The position numbers and the translations under genes are program-made. Under the pieces are notes generated by a model, which did no database searches, had not been told where the DNA came from, and saw only the letters and a program-made list of their open reading frames with translations. This document shows positions 61,736 through 64,000 of a stretch of 64,000 nucleotides of DNA, in pieces (the first letter of the stretch is position 1; every line of letters begins with the position of its first letter). The stretch lies in NCBI GenBank assembly GCA_964016885.1, contig OZ024742.1, forward strand, positions 236,344,001 through 236,408,000, given 5' to 3'. Source of the DNA: Eledone cirrhosa. Lineage: Eukaryota.

Positions 61736-61933
61736 TCATGGTGGATTGGCAGTATTGGTAGAGGTCGGACGCCATGCTTTGCAGCGTAGAGTTACGGCCA
61801 TTTACGCCGGTCAAGTTTGCCTTTCATCCTTACGGGGTCGATAAAATAAAGTACCTGTCACGTCACTGGGTTCTATTTAATCGTCTTCCCCCTGCTTCAA
61901 AATTAGGACCCTGTGCCTATATAAGAAACCATT

Positions 61934-61967
<34 letters not shown>

Positions 61968-62478
61968 TTCATACACGGAACAAATGCCCATACCCACAGA
62001 AAATAAGAAGCATCAAAATAGTGACCTTACTACAGGTGCTAATACAATCTTTTAAACTCGTATTAGCGCCGGAAGAAGGTCACTATTGTGATGCCTCTTA
62101 TTTTCTTTTTGAAGTATGGTTAAATTTGGTCCTTGATACTTTAGGTCGCGCCATTATTCTCTGTATGAACATAAATAAATAATATAATATTTCTGTTCTT
62201 TTCCCGATTGTACACTGTTTTCCTTTTTTCTTTTCACATGTACGGATATTGGTACATATATACACGTATATATATATGTATGATATATATATATTATTCA
62301 AAATATTAACAAATGAAAAATATTCTCATAGTCAAAATATATACTTTATTATATATATTTCAAGGTTCTGTGTTGTTTTTTCAGTACGTCCTCATCAGAT
62401 AAAATATATGATTTGATATATGACATACCGCTACGGTCTTTATTATTCAATTCCAGATTTCGTAGATATATATATATC

Positions 62479-62541
<63 letters not shown>

Positions 62542-62735
62542 TATTATATGTAAGCATGCATGTATACGTACATACATATATGTATACAGATGTACAATAG
62601 CATGTATATATATATATACATACATGCACACATATATATATGCACGTATCGGTTTACCGAACATTTATTATAATGTTCGGTTTGTTTGTTTGTAAACAAA
62701 CAAACAGCCCGAATTACGCCCGAATTACATCGTAT

Positions 62736-62778
62736 ACGATGCTGACGATAGCTAATAAGCTTGAAACTAGTACGTCGT
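62736..62778 (+). ncRNA. Minimal type-I hammerhead ribozyme (intact core)
   Basis: acgatg CTGACGA t agct-aata-agct t GAAAC ta GTA cgtcgt, located in the spacer of an about 170-bp inverted repeat (62548-63000). Confidence 0.8.
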
Positions 62779-63293
62779 TCCTGTGTCACTGTTGAACAAA
62801 AAGGTGACGTGGTTGCCTAAACACTGTACGGCGTAACTCGGGCTGTTTGTTTGTTTACAAACAAACAAACCGAGCATTATAATAAATGTTCGGTAAACCG
62901 ATACGTGCATATATATATGTGTGCATGTATGTATATATATATACATACTACTGTACGTCTCTATACATATATGTATGTACGTATACATGCATGCTTACAT
63001 TTAAGTAACTGCCGTATAAGAGTGAGAAATGAAATTTCGTTTCATTCTATTCCATTTATCATATTATATATATATATATTTCGTTATGTTGTTGTATGTA
63101 TAGTTTGTGCCTTCGGTCGGTTATCTTGGTGACACATTTTATAACTACGGTGTTTAACTCTGGACTTAATGTTTGTTTTTAACTTTGGAACCATTGAGTG
63201 CTCTGTGATTGCCTCAAAACAAATCGAATGTACTTGCTGTACTGCAGCTAAAGTTCGCTTTAGAGTACACACATACATACATACATATATATA

Positions 63294-63384
<91 letters not shown>

Positions 63385-63898
63385 GTGATATTATATATAT
63401 TTATATTTATATATATGATATATATATATTTATATTATATATATAATATATATATGATATATATATATATGATACATATATTATATATGTTATATTTATA
63501 TAATTTATATAATATATATGATATATATATATGATAAAAATATATTATATATATATATAAAATATATACATAAGTTACATATAAGATATATATATATCTT
63601 TGTTTATATATATAAAAATAGAAGGTGTGGTAAGATACTAGGTGAACCAGAATACTCAATGCTAAGTGTAGTAGAGTGGGTAATAGGATAATCGGATCTA
63701 AATGTCGAAACGGCCGGAGCTCCTTTTCATATATATACATCGAGTGAGTTAGTCAGCCGGGTGCACCGAAAACGATAAATGAAAAAATTAAAATTTCATT
63801 TCTCTTAGTACGGCTGATACTTAAATATTAGTATGTATACGTACATACTTATATGGATACAGACGTACAGTAGTATGTATATATATATATACATACAT

Positions 63899-64000
63899 GC
63901 CCCTTAGCCTTTGTCAAGGCAGAATTCTAGAAGGAAAACTCTGATATAACACCTGCAACCCTGATGGTATCCAATGATGTTGACTTGTTCTTCTTTTTGG
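63899..64000 (+). mobile_element. Same element, third copy, running off the window
   Basis: cccttagcctttgtcaaggcagaattctag...gttgacttgttcttctttttgg matches 15365-15467. Confidence 0.75.

Overview
AT-rich, microsatellite-dense eukaryotic DNA. The SINE families and repeat landscape suggest an octopod cephalopod (inference). Only one host coding exon is supportable: the first coding exon of a T-box gene, most likely Tbx1/10 (46342-47380, eh1 motif FSIASLM, phase-1 GT donor), inflated by poly-Q/N/T/S tracts. The T-box itself lies beyond the window. The rest is mobile DNA. There are three Penelope-like elements (PLEs) with coding remnants: one near full length with terminal direct repeats, one 5'-truncated with an inverted end, and one endonuclease fragment. 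There are also RTE, R4/Dong, CRE and Tx1 non-LTR fragments, about 20 tRNA-type SINEs, Helitron-like and mariner/hAT-like MITEs, and three minisatellites. The most striking feature, not visible in the ORF track, is a swarm of about 20 type-I hammerhead-ribozyme motifs from at least 10 unrelated short element families. Most sit inside (TA)n tracts and are often folded into inverted repeats or greater-than-unit tandem permutations. Several carry recurrent non-canonical cores (U3-A8, U4A, Y-Y at 10.1/11.1). Almost all other ORF-track entries are microsatellite translations. All family calls are from motif recognition; no database search was run, and coordinates were read by eye.
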